NCBI GenBank assembly: GCA_965215565.1 | Contig: CBDCDZ010000004.1 | Span: 3,904,001 to 3,968,000, forward strand | DNA: 64,000 nucleotides | Source: Trueperaceae bacterium | GTDB taxonomy: Bacteria > Deinococcota > Deinococci > Deinococcales > Trueperaceae | Direction: 5' to 3' | Shown: positions 46,704-55,589 of the stretch, one piece after another | Position numbering within the stretch: position 1 is the stretch's first letter | Layout: every line of letters starts with the position of its first letter | The notes under the pieces: model-generated | Databases searched by the model: none | What the model saw: the letters and a program-made list of their open reading frames with translations, nothing else | What the model was told of the DNA's origin: nothing | Program-made: the position numbers and the translations under genes

Positions 46704-47390
46704 ATGACGATTCCCGACTACTGGCTCCCGCGCCCCGAAGCTGAGCTTTCAAAGGAGGTGAGGTCTGAGCTAGAAACCCTCTACACCGAACATGTCGAGA
46801 AGGGACAAGGCGAGTGGCTGAGCGCACCTCTTCCGGTTCCTAAGTGGGTATTTTTAAGTTGGCTCGCTGACGAGAAGGGCTTGCTCATGCACGGCACGGG
46901 AGACTCAACTATCACAATGTTCGAGCCGCGCACGCCCAATGACAACTCGCCCGACGAGTTCAGCAAACAGAAGGCGGTTTTTGCGGCAGGTGACGGCATC
47001 TGGTCTATCTTCTACGCGGTGATTGACCGCGTGAACTTTCGCTTGCGGATGCTCAACGGTGCATTGCAGTTCGAAGTGGCTGAGAGTTGGACGCGGATGC
47101 ACTATTTCTTCTCAGTCACAGAAGAGGTCTTGAAGCGCTACCCCTGGTGTGAAGGGACGGTGTATGTACTTCCCTCAGAAGGATTCGTGCGGCAGCTACC
47201 GTATGTGCTCGGGAAGCACGGGAGGATATATGAGCCTCATTACGCGAATCCGAACTCCGTCCGACCTCTTGTAAAACTCCGCGTCATACCCGAAGACTTC
47301 CCCCTCTTAGCGCAGGTGAGAGGTCACGACAACGACGAGGTGATGGCGAACGCGGCGCGGGAGCCCTACGGGTTTCCTTGGCTCGAGTAG
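46704..47390 (+). CDS. Hypothetical protein
   Basis: 228-aa ORF with host-like codon use; LMHG...I..FEPR; AVFA..DGIW..FYAV; no function recognised. Confidence 0.7.
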   Translation: MTIPDYWLPRPEAELSKEVRSELETLYTEHVEKGQGEWLSAPLPVPKWVFLSWLADEKGLLMHGTGDSTITMFEPRTPNDNSPDEFSKQKAVFAAGDGIWSIFYAVIDRVNFRLRMLNGALQFEVAESWTRMHYFFSVTEEVLKRYPWCEGTVYVLPSEGFVRQLPYVLGKHGRIYEPHYANPNSVRPLVKLRVIPEDFPLLAQVRGHDNDEVMANAAREPYGFPWLE

Positions 47391-47472
47391 CTCACAATCT
47401 TTTCTAAACTCGTCAAGATGAACGGGAAGCCAACTCATGGTGACGCTTAGCGCCTCTTTGCTAGACTACCCT

Positions 47473-48753
47473 ATGAAAACCACAGCGTATCTTACCGTGT
47501 GCCTGCGCAGCCTTTGGCTCATCCTCTTTCTATGTTTGGGCGCAGCGACGGCGCAGCGTATCGCCTACGTCACGCCGGCGGGCGAGCTTGCAACCGTAGA
47601 ACCGGATGGTTCGCAGATGCGCGTCCTCGCAGACGCGGGGCGCTACCAGTTCCCGGCGTGGTCGCCTGATGGGGAGCGCGTCGCGGTCATCGGGGCAGAT
47701 GCGGAAGGCGCGGCGATTTTTAGCGTGGTGGACAGAGCGCTGAGCGAAAGCGTGCGTCACTACAGCAGCCAGCGCGAAGCGCCCATTTACCTCTATTGGT
47801 CGCCCGACTCCGAGACAATAAGCTTTCTCGCCAACCGTCCCGAGGTCGGGCTGGCGCTGCACCTCGCGCCCGTGAGCGGTGAGGATAACCCCGAAGAGAG
47901 CCGACTCCTCTCGGTGGGGAGCCCTTTTTATTGGCAGTGGAGCGCGGACGCGCGGCGGCTGCTCGTGCATACAGGGCTAACGGGCGAAGATGCGCGGCTC
48001 GGCTTTATGGCGGCGGCGGAGGACAACTTGACTGAGAACCTCTCGAGTCCTGGGCTCTTTCAAGCGCCAGGGATTTCGGCGAGCGGCGACTACATCGCTT
48101 ACGCGGAGATAGACGCTTCGGAAAGGGGGCGCGTCGTCCTGACGGATACGCCCGGCGACGAGCGCGACGCCGACACGGTGCGCGAAGTGCCGCACCAGGG
48201 GCTTGTGGCGCTCTCGTGGAGCCCGGCTGAGGACACGCTCGCGCTGATGAGCCCGCAAGTGGCCGCGCCGCACACGTATGGTCCTATTCGCCTCCTGGAC
48301 GCTCAGACGGGTGATTTGACGACGCTCATCGAAGAGACCGCCATCGCTTTTTTCTGGTCGCCGGACGGCAGTAAGATCGCCTACCTCTCGCCGCTCGCTG
48401 GTGATGATGGCGGCGGGCGCGTGACGGAACTGGGCACAGAGGTGGCCGGGATGAAAGTAAGCGCCGCCGCTCAGCCTAGAGCGCCGCTGCTGCTCAACCT
48501 TTCGGTGGTCGACGTGGCGAGCGGCGTCTCTGAGCGCCTCACTACGTTCGCGCCGAGCCCACTGTTCGTCGGTCAGTACTTGCCCTTTTTCGATCAGTAC
48601 GCGCTCAGCCACCGCGTGTGGTCGCCGGCGAGTGACGCGCTCGCCCTGCCGATGTTGGTTGGTGACGGTGTGACGCCGCAAATCGTCGTCGTGCCGCTCC
48701 GAGGGGAGCCGCAACCCGTCGCGCCGGGCGACATGCCGTCTTGGAGTCCTTGA
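47473..48753 (+). CDS. Secreted TolB-like (PD40) beta-propeller protein
   Basis: Signal peptide; repeated W-S-P-D-G/S motifs; TAGACT 5 nt before ATG 47473. Confidence 0.8.
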   Translation: MKTTAYLTVCLRSLWLILFLCLGAATAQRIAYVTPAGELATVEPDGSQMRVLADAGRYQFPAWSPDGERVAVIGADAEGAAIFSVVDRALSESVRHYSSQREAPIYLYWSPDSETISFLANRPEVGLALHLAPVSGEDNPEESRLLSVGSPFYWQWSADARRLLVHTGLTGEDARLGFMAAAEDNLTENLSSPGLFQAPGISASGDYIAYAEIDASERGRVVLTDTPGDERDADTVREVPHQGLVALSWSPAEDTLALMSPQVAAPHTYGPIRLLDAQTGDLTTLIEETAIAFFWSPDGSKIAYLSPLAGDDGGGRVTELGTEVAGMKVSAAAQPRAPLLLNLSVVDVASGVSERLTTFAPSPLFVGQYLPFFDQYALSHRVWSPASDALALPMLVGDGVTPQIVVVPLRGEPQPVAPGDMPSWSP

Positions 48754-49022
48754 CGTTAATAGCTCGAGTCCTTCCGTTCATCAACGCCGAGATAACCAGG
48801 TGGTGAGCTTCGGAGGAACGCCGCGATTTTGTTCAGCCGCACGGTTATACGAGGTTGCACGGCTTAGTTTGCAAAACTAAGCCGTGTATGTCACGGATGG
48901 GACGTAAACTCGGCGCGACCCGCTAGCTAAAGCTGAGCCGCTGAAAAGCTCTATGCACGAAGTAAAGTCGCAAGCTCCCGCTGGGCGAAGCAACGCCCTC
49001 AGTTGGGGTAAGTAAACTGTGC

Positions 49023-49133
49023 TAGCAGTTCCAAAACATACTGAGACGGATAAGCGCAGATATCATTTCGGGATGTGCGTGCTAAACGATGTTCTCCGTA
49101 GTGGGAGTGTTTCAGACCAGATGATACCTGCTA
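49023..49133. mobile_element. MITE family C, copy 3 (111 bp)
   Basis: TAGCAGTTCC...GATACCTGCTA; highly similar to 49321-49431. Confidence 0.78.
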
Positions 49134-49231
49134 TGCAATTCCGTATTACGGCAACAAGAGGTCGAGCGACGTGAGCTTGCTACTCGAGCCTCTGTGTCTA
49201 GCAGGCGTTACTCAGCCTCGAGTCATGAGAT

Positions 49232-49267
49232 AAAAGAGCGCACCGCGGGTCTCGCGGTGCGCTCTTT
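49232..49267. terminator. Bidirectional terminator
   Basis: AAAAGAGCGCACCGCG-GGTCT-CGCGGTGCGCTCTTT between convergent genes. Confidence 0.75.
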
Positions 49268-49320
49268 CATCTTGGTGTGCTTTCGTCTCAGTTTACTCTG
49301 AGGCGGCTATTTCAACTCTT

Positions 49321-49431
49321 TAGCAGTTCCAAAACATACTGAGACGGATAAGCGCAGATATCATCTCAGAATGTACGTGCTGCACGATGTTCTCAAAAGT
49401 GAGCGTGTTTCAGACCAGATGATACCTGCTA
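49321..49431. mobile_element. MITE family C, copy 4 (111 bp)
   Basis: TAGCAGTTCCAAAACATACTGAGACGG...CAGATGATACCTGCTA. Confidence 0.78.
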
Positions 49432-49450
49432 TCTTGTTCTACAGAGTGTT

Positions 49451-52400
49451 TTACCGAGAGAGAAATTCGGGCGCGAGCGCGACGGATTCGGCGTTGTCGA
49501 CTTCAGCCGAGGCGGAAGGTCGGATGTTCCAGTCGCCCTCGCCGTAGTCCAACAGACCTGCAAACGCCAACACGCGGTCCTTCGTCTTCTCTGCGACGAA
49601 GAGGGTGTCGCCGTCAAAGGTGATATCAACTGGGTTACCCAGAGTCGTGTTAGAGCCGCGCACCCGCGCTACTGGCTCGGCGTTGCCGTCTGCGCTGCTC
49701 GCATCGGTCAGCACGTAGAGTTCGCCGTCCGCGTCGAAGTCGGGCTGGTCCGGGGTCGTCGCCGCGCCCACGTCGGCGAGGATGAGGAGGTCTTTGTCCG
49801 CTACGTGGACGACGCCGTGCAGGTTCGCCGAAACTTTGTTACCCGCTCTCGTCGGGGTGATTTCTCGGTCAGGACCGCCCGCGCCGTAGTCCGCCGTGTA
49901 ATCTTCATAGACGAGCGCGGTGCCGTCGGTGCCCGCCACGAAGAGCGTGTCGCTGGTAGGGTCATAGTCCACGTCCCAGACGCTGCGCGTGTCGCTGCCG
50001 AGGTTTGTAGTGGTGAAGCGCGGGGAAGCGTTGCCGCCCACTTGGGTACTGAACACCTTGATGTCCTTCGCGCCGAAGTCCGCAACGATAACGACGCCCA
50101 GCGAATCCACCACCTCTAGACCCTTCGGCGCAACTAGACCCGTGTTGTCGCCCGTGATGGTGCGGTCTCTCGAGGCGTCGAAGGTCCCGCCGTCCCGCTG
50201 CGTCGCCAAGCGGTTGACGACAGCGATACCTCCCATGCTCGGCGTCGCGCCGTCGTCGAAGGTAAGGTAGGCGTCGCCGTTGCCACTGAAGGTGATGTTT
50301 TCGGGGTTGACGGTTGCGCCCGCTGTGTCAAAGGTACTTTCCATGGTGGAGAGGTCGGGCTCCACGCTGACCACGAAATCGTCCCCCGACTCGGGCGTAT
50401 TGCTGACGGCGAAAAGGGCGTCTATGACGGTCGCCGTGTCGTCGATATCCGTCACGTCGGGGTTGCCTAGTGCGAAGTCAGCAGCCTCGGCGACGAGCGA
50501 TTCAGGCTTGGACTCGTCCACGGCTAAGTCAGGGGCAACGTCGCCGCTCGCGCCGTCAAAGACGTTGTCGAACACGAGGAATTTGTCGCCCGCTTTCTCC
50601 GCGATGCGTGCCTCGTCGCCATTCAAGATGAGGTCGACGGGATTGCCGAGCAGCGTGCTGGGACCGCGAAGGATGCGGACGGGCTGCGTCTCGCCGCGCG
50701 CTTCGCTGGCGTTTTCAAACACGTAGAGGCTGCCGTCCGAATCAAAGCCGTCTTGGTCCGAAGTGGTCGCCGCGCCGACGTCCGTCACGACGAGGGCGTC
50801 TCTTTCGGCGTCGTAGGCGACGCCGTGAAGGTTGTCCGAGAGCTTGTCGCCGTTTTCGTCCACCGGGGTGAGGACCGTGACCGGCCCGTCGGGACCGTAA
50901 CCGCTCGCCACGTAGTCCTCGAAAACGCAGACCGTGCCGTTAACGCGGGCGACGAACAGGCGGTCATTCGCCTCGTCGTAAGCGAGGTCCCAGGGTGCGA
51001 CGGTAAAACCCGTGACGGCGAGCGGCGCGACGTTGCCGCCCGCCGCGGTGCCGAAGACCTTGACGTTGCTGTCGCCGAAGTCCGCCACGATGAGGAGACC
51101 CGCTTTCTGCGCGATATCGAAGCCTTTAGGCGCGACGAGTCCCGTGCTGTCCCCTTTGATCTCGCGGTCGAGTGTGGCGTCGTATGCGCCGCCGTCAGGA
51201 CGGTTGCGAATCTGCGAGAGCACGCGGAGGCTGCTGCCGCTCTCCCTGTCGCCTGCGTGATAGAGGTTGCCTAGCGCGTCTAAGTCGACGCCTTCGTTGT
51301 TGCCAGATTGAAAGGTTTTGAGCCTCTGGAAAAGTGCGTTGAACGTATCCAGCTCGCCGACGTTGTCAGGACCGTTGTTCGAGCCGTAGATGTTGAGGTC
51401 GAAGTCGGAGTTAAAGCCGCCCCCGGGCTCGGGGCTCGGATTGGGGTTTTGGTCCGGGACGAAGTCTTCGGGCGCTGCCACGAGTGACTCGGGCTTCGAC
51501 TCGGGCTTGACCAGGTCCGGCATGACCTCGCCGTCCGGCGCGTCAGGCGCGAAGAAGTCGTCGAATACGAGCAAGACGTCGTTCGCCTTTTCGGTGATGC
51601 GCACTTCGTCGTAGCCGTTAAAGATGACGTCCACCGGGTTGCCCAGGAGCGTCCAGCGCCCTCTCACGACGCGCTCCGGGTCAGCGTTGCCGTCCAAGGT
51701 GCTCGCGCCTAAAAAGGCGTAGATGCTGCCGTCGGTCTTGAAGCCGGGTTGCTCCGGGGTGGTGGCTGCGCCCACGTCGGTCACGACGAGCGTGTCCGAG
51801 CCTGAGTCGTACGCAATACCGTGCAGGTTGTCGGAGATTTTTTCACCGTCCCGGTAGGGGGTGATGGTGCGTGCGGGACCGTCCGCGCCGTAGTCCTCCA
51901 AGTAGCTGTCGAACACAGCAACCGTGCCGTCGGTGATCGCCGCGAAAAGGCGGTCCGTGTTCGGGTCATACGCGACGTCCCAGGCGGGCGTATCTAAAGT
52001 GGTGGTGGCGACGGGGGCGACGTTGCCATCTACCGAAGCGCCGAAAACCTTGAGAGAGCCGTCGCCGAAGTCAGCGACGATGAGGAGCCCGGCGTCCTCG
52101 GCTAGCTCGATCCCTTTGGGCGCGGCGAGCCCGGTGGCGTCGCCGCTGATTTCGCGGTCTATGTCGGGGTCAAAGGTGCTGGCGTTTTCGGGGCGGTCAT
52201 AGAGCTGCGAAACGACGCGGATACTAGGACCGTTCTCCCCGTCGCCTGCTTGGTAGACGTTGCCGGAGCTGTCCACCTCGACGCCTTCGTTGTTACCCGC
52301 GTTAAACGTGCTCTGAAGCGTAAAGGTTTCGTCGAAGGTGTCGATGAGCCCGGCGTTGCCCGGTCCATTGTTCGAAACGTAAACGGTTCTTTCATCAGGC

Positions 52401-52870
52401 GTAAACGCGCCCGAGCTTGGGTTGACAACGATGACGATGGTGACGCTCAAGGTCTCGCCGCTCTCCGTCTCGAGCCTCAGCGTGAGCGTGTAACCGCCCA
52501 TCGCGAGGTCTGAGAGGTCGACGGTGAAGGTGTCGCCGTCCAGCGTGACCGGGTTGTCCGCGCTGATGACCTCGTCGGCGCTGCCCTGCACGGTGTAGCG
52601 CACGCTCGTCACCGGGACGTTCACCGTGCCCGCGAGGGTCAGCGCGCCGTCACTCATCATGAGCGTGCAGTCGCCCGATACGTCCGCGCAGACGGCGGGC
52701 TCGCTCAGCGTCACGGGGGAGGCGCTCGGGTCGGTTGGATTTGTCGGCTCGGTGAGCGGGCTGCCGCACGCCGCGAGCAGTCCAGCGGTGAGTAGAAGTG
52801 TCAGAATGAGGCGTGTGTTTAGGATAAGACGTGGGCGAAGTGATTTCTCTCTGCGGATGGGTTGCTTCAT
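49451..52870 (-). CDS. Large acidic lipoprotein: Ig-like domain plus three tandem ~300-aa beta-propeller-like domains
   Basis: Lipobox LAAC; thrice-repeated GL.APKG, ADFG, WD..YD, NLHG, DVGAATT, LGNPVD, [TA]EK, ES[LV]. Confidence 0.85.
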   Translation of the reverse strand: MKQPIRREKSLRPRLILNTRLILTLLLTAGLLAACGSPLTEPTNPTDPSASPVTLSEPAVCADVSGDCTLMMSDGALTLAGTVNVPVTSVRYTVQGSADEVISADNPVTLDGDTFTVDLSDLAMGGYTLTLRLETESGETLSVTIVIVVNPSSGAFTPDERTVYVSNNGPGNAGLIDTFDETFTLQSTFNAGNNEGVEVDSSGNVYQAGDGENGPSIRVVSQLYDRPENASTFDPDIDREISGDATGLAAPKGIELAEDAGLLIVADFGDGSLKVFGASVDGNVAPVATTTLDTPAWDVAYDPNTDRLFAAITDGTVAVFDSYLEDYGADGPARTITPYRDGEKISDNLHGIAYDSGSDTLVVTDVGAATTPEQPGFKTDGSIYAFLGASTLDGNADPERVVRGRWTLLGNPVDVIFNGYDEVRITEKANDVLLVFDDFFAPDAPDGEVMPDLVKPESKPESLVAAPEDFVPDQNPNPSPEPGGGFNSDFDLNIYGSNNGPDNVGELDTFNALFQRLKTFQSGNNEGVDLDALGNLYHAGDRESGSSLRVLSQIRNRPDGGAYDATLDREIKGDSTGLVAPKGFDIAQKAGLLIVADFGDSNVKVFGTAAGGNVAPLAVTGFTVAPWDLAYDEANDRLFVARVNGTVCVFEDYVASGYGPDGPVTVLTPVDENGDKLSDNLHGVAYDAERDALVVTDVGAATTSDQDGFDSDGSLYVFENASEARGETQPVRILRGPSTLLGNPVDLILNGDEARIAEKAGDKFLVFDNVFDGASGDVAPDLAVDESKPESLVAEAADFALGNPDVTDIDDTATVIDALFAVSNTPESGDDFVVSVEPDLSTMESTFDTAGATVNPENITFSGNGDAYLTFDDGATPSMGGIAVVNRLATQRDGGTFDASRDRTITGDNTGLVAPKGLEVVDSLGVVIVADFGAKDIKVFSTQVGGNASPRFTTTNLGSDTRSVWDVDYDPTSDTLFVAGTDGTALVYEDYTADYGAGGPDREITPTRAGNKVSANLHGVVHVADKDLLILADVGAATTPDQPDFDADGELYVLTDASSADGNAEPVARVRGSNTTLGNPVDITFDGDTLFVAEKTKDRVLAFAGLLDYGEGDWNIRPSASAEVDNAESVALAPEFLSR

Positions 52871-53253
52871 CGTTTCCTCTCTAGGTTCGTCGCGTCTGAG
52901 CCGGCTGATACGTTAGCCGGTAAGACGGTTGGGGTCTCTACTAAAACGTTGCTGAGCGCGTCGTTTTTCTCAGCGCTTCTAAATACCGAGGCAGAACGCC
53001 GCAGCTCAACAAAACTTCATCGCGGTAGCGTGCGTGCTGAGCAGTGTTTTTTGCAGTGAGCGTGTTTCTGGTCAGAATCATTGTACGAAATTTCTTCCGG
53101 CTCCTCTGGAGCGCGAAGCGTTTGCTGAAAGCAAAATTTCATAATGGAAAACTTCTGTGAGCGAAGTAACTTGCTATCTAAGCCTCCCCTAAAACTAGAA
53201 CGCGCCGCCGAGCCGCTAGCTGACCCTCAGCGCTTTTCCTACTTGTCTTACGA

Positions 53254-53279
53254 AACGCGCAAAACTTCACTTTAGATGC
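53254..53279 (-). promoter_or_regulatory. Putative ECF-sigma promoter facing the large lipoprotein gene
   Basis: Minus strand GCATCT-N16-CGTT. Confidence 0.5.
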
Positions 53280-53347
53280 GTATTAGATGCATAGGTGTCG
53301 CCGAGTTTAGCGTCACGCAGCCCGAGTGAGCGAAGACGACTCCCCTC

Positions 53348-53373
53348 GCATCCAAACTTCGCTAACGTGCGTT
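53348..53373 (+). promoter_or_regulatory. Putative ECF-sigma promoter
   Basis: GCATCC-N16-CGTT. Confidence 0.55.
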
Positions 53374-53554
53374 TCTTAACAGATGAAGGGGGCGCAATGA
53401 GGTTTCCGGGTAATTTCTGTAGGAATTACCCCGAGCGTAGCGAGTTGAAAAAACTACGGATTCTGATGAGTACGGAATCAACTCCGACTCCAACGAAGTG
53501 CGCAGTGTCGGAGTCGATGTAGTAGTCAATCGGAATCCGTACAAGGGAGGCGCT

Positions 53555-53779
53555 ATGGTAAACTACAAACACGACGAAATCGGCGTAGAAGCGGAGCTGA
53601 GCGGAAACGTCCAGCACATTTCGAAAGGTGATCTGCTGGCGCTCATCCGTCGAGTTGAAGATGCTGTGTTTAGAGGCACGGCGCAGATGCGGGACTACGA
53701 GACGTTTGTGTGCTGCCAAGAGGAGCTGTTGAGGCGTGAAGTTCTCCACTTTGAACGTGAGCGGGCATCCAATCGCTAA
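53555..53779 (+). CDS. Small hypothetical protein (74 aa)
   Basis: RBS GGGAGG before ATG 53555; ends just upstream of the sigma gene. Confidence 0.55.
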   Translation: MVNYKHDEIGVEAELSGNVQHISKGDLLALIRRVEDAVFRGTAQMRDYETFVCCQEELLRREVLHFERERASNR

Positions 53780-53791
53780 GGTGCGCGCGTA
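53765..53791 (+). promoter_or_regulatory. Putative autoregulatory ECF promoter
   Basis: GCATCC-N17-CGTA, 14 nt before the sigma GTG. Confidence 0.6.
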
Positions 53792-53805
53792 AGGATGGAT
53801 AGAGC

Positions 53806-54393
53806 GTGAAGGGCTCACCACCGGACGCACCGGCAGACCCGCCGGTGGACCCGGAGGCAGCCCTCGTCATCCGTTTAGGACGTGGCGACGAAAGCGTTCT
53901 GGACGAGCTTTATGCTCGTTTAGGCGGGGGCGTTTTCGCCGCCGCGTTCGATCTACTCAAGAGCAGAGAGGAGGCTGAAGAGGTCGTGCAAGACACGTTC
54001 TTAACGCTGTGCCGCAAGGCGCACCTTTACAACACACCCGAACGCTCGCCTCGAGCCTTCATCTACACCGTAGCCCGCAATAAGGCGCTCTCGAGGCTGC
54101 GCAGGCGCAAAGCGCGCCCCGCGAAGGCGAGCGGCTGGGACGTGCATGAGCCCAGCGTCCCTTTCGCCGCGCCTCAGGGCGAGGACCAGGCGACGCGCCT
54201 CTACGCTGAAGACCTCTTGGCGAAGCTGAGTGACGAGGAGCGGCGGCTCTTGGAGGGCGCGTTTTACCAAGGTCATACGCACGCTGAACTCGCTGAGCTG
54301 ACCGGGCTGCCTCTAGGCACCTTGAAGAGCAAGCTGCGCCGCGCGCTGCTCAAACTCAAAGACTACGCTCGAGCCGAGACGAAGCCGTCATGA
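53806..54393 (+). CDS. ECF RNA polymerase sigma factor (SigK-like)
   Basis: AEEVVQDTF; IYTVARNKA..RLR; G.THAELAE..G.PLGT.KS.LRRAL. Confidence 0.93.
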   Translation: MKGSPPDAPADPPVDPEAALVIRLGRGDESVLDELYARLGGGVFAAAFDLLKSREEAEEVVQDTFLTLCRKAHLYNTPERSPRAFIYTVARNKALSRLRRRKARPAKASGWDVHEPSVPFAAPQGEDQATRLYAEDLLAKLSDEERRLLEGAFYQGHTHAELAELTGLPLGTLKSKLRRALLKLKDYARAETKPS

Positions 54394-55472
54394 ACGAGCT
54401 TCTGACCATATCCAGTGACCACCCCAAAGACCTCTTGCCGGACTACGTTTTGGGACTGCTCACCCCCGAAGAGGTCGAAGAGGTCGAGGTACACCTAGCG
54501 GGCTGCGCCGAATGCCAAAGGGAGGCGTGGGATCTAGCCGAGCCGCTCGTCCTGCTCACCGAAGCGCTGCCGAGCGAACCGCCGCCCGCGCGCATCCTGC
54601 AGGCGGTTAAAGCGGAACTGGCTGACGCCCCGCTGCTGCCTGAAGTCGCCGCTACAAACCCGGTAGGTGATAGAGACAGTACCCGCGAAACTGCCCCACC
54701 TATTCCACCACAGACGACGCGCCCGGCGGTGCGTTACGCCTGGCCGCTCACCGCCGCCTTTGCCCTCTTGCTCGCCCTCGGCGGGCTCTTGTGGGGCGCG
54801 GACACCTACGGAACGCTTCAGCAGGTCCGCGCTGACGAACGCCTGCTGAGCGGCTACCTCGCGCGCCCAGAGGTGCAAAAAGTCGTGCTCGAGAACGTCT
54901 TGACAAGTGACCGTACCGAGCCCATCGGCAGCGCCCTCCTGGTTTCGGAGAGACCCTCCGAGGTGCTCTTTGTGCTTAGTGAGAACGCACCTCAAGGACG
55001 CACCTACCAGGCCTGGGGACATACCAGCAGCGACTGGGACCCGGAGGGCGGCGAGCGCTTGACCTCTCTGCTCACCTCGCAAGATGAGGTCTTCGAGGTG
55101 GACGCGGCAGGGTTCGCCTCGCTCTACCTGAGCCTCGAGCCCGCTGGCGGCAGCCCCCAACCTACGGACCCGCTGAGCAAGGTGTCCCTCCTCAACCCGG
55201 TGGCGGACGCGCCCATCGAGATCACTACGCCCGAAGACGGGAGCACCGTGTCGGCGGACAGCCTTATCGTCAGCGGCGCAGTCGATTCTGCCATAAGGGA
55301 CCTCAGCTACACGCTTAATGGTGGCGAGCCCACCCGGACGAGCGCGGCGAATAACCGCTTCAGCTTCACGGTGAACGGGCTGCGCGAGGGGCGCAACACA
55401 GTCGAAGTCGCCGCTACGGATGGAGACGGCGGGCGCGTAGTCGCGTCCGTTCAGGTGACCTATACGCCCTGA
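54390..55472 (+). CDS. Anti-sigma factor (ZAS, TM, RskA-like domain, C-terminal Ig-like domain)
   Basis: HLAGCAEC; one TM; G.TYQAW; SLEP.GGSPQPT; IEITTPEDG...LREGRNTVEV. Confidence 0.88.
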   Translation: MNELLTISSDHPKDLLPDYVLGLLTPEEVEEVEVHLAGCAECQREAWDLAEPLVLLTEALPSEPPPARILQAVKAELADAPLLPEVAATNPVGDRDSTRETAPPIPPQTTRPAVRYAWPLTAAFALLLALGGLLWGADTYGTLQQVRADERLLSGYLARPEVQKVVLENVLTSDRTEPIGSALLVSERPSEVLFVLSENAPQGRTYQAWGHTSSDWDPEGGERLTSLLTSQDEVFEVDAAGFASLYLSLEPAGGSPQPTDPLSKVSLLNPVADAPIEITTPEDGSTVSADSLIVSGAVDSAIRDLSYTLNGGEPTRTSAANNRFSFTVNGLREGRNTVEVAATDGDGGRVVASVQVTYTP

Positions 55473-55589
55473 TTGGCCAAGTCTCTAACCCCTTGTGCCA
55501 ACCCCTTGTGTACTGCCCCGGTGTGGCGCGGTCTTCATGACGAGCTGTTAAACTGTCCCTGCGAGCAAAACGCTCTCAGGGAGGCTTCA

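Noticed and set aside
47977..48714. Long antisense ORFs (also 9728-10354, 19872-20504, 54534-55160, 59477-60100)
   Set aside because: Shadow frames of real GC-rich genes, with no motifs
49023..49431. Two 111-bp direct repeats as CRISPR or att sites
   Set aside because: Too long for CRISPR repeats; members of a dispersed family; nothing mobile lies between them
53295..53522. 75-aa ORF in the ECF intergenic region
   Set aside because: Overlaps a promoter motif and strong hairpins; better explained as a non-coding leader
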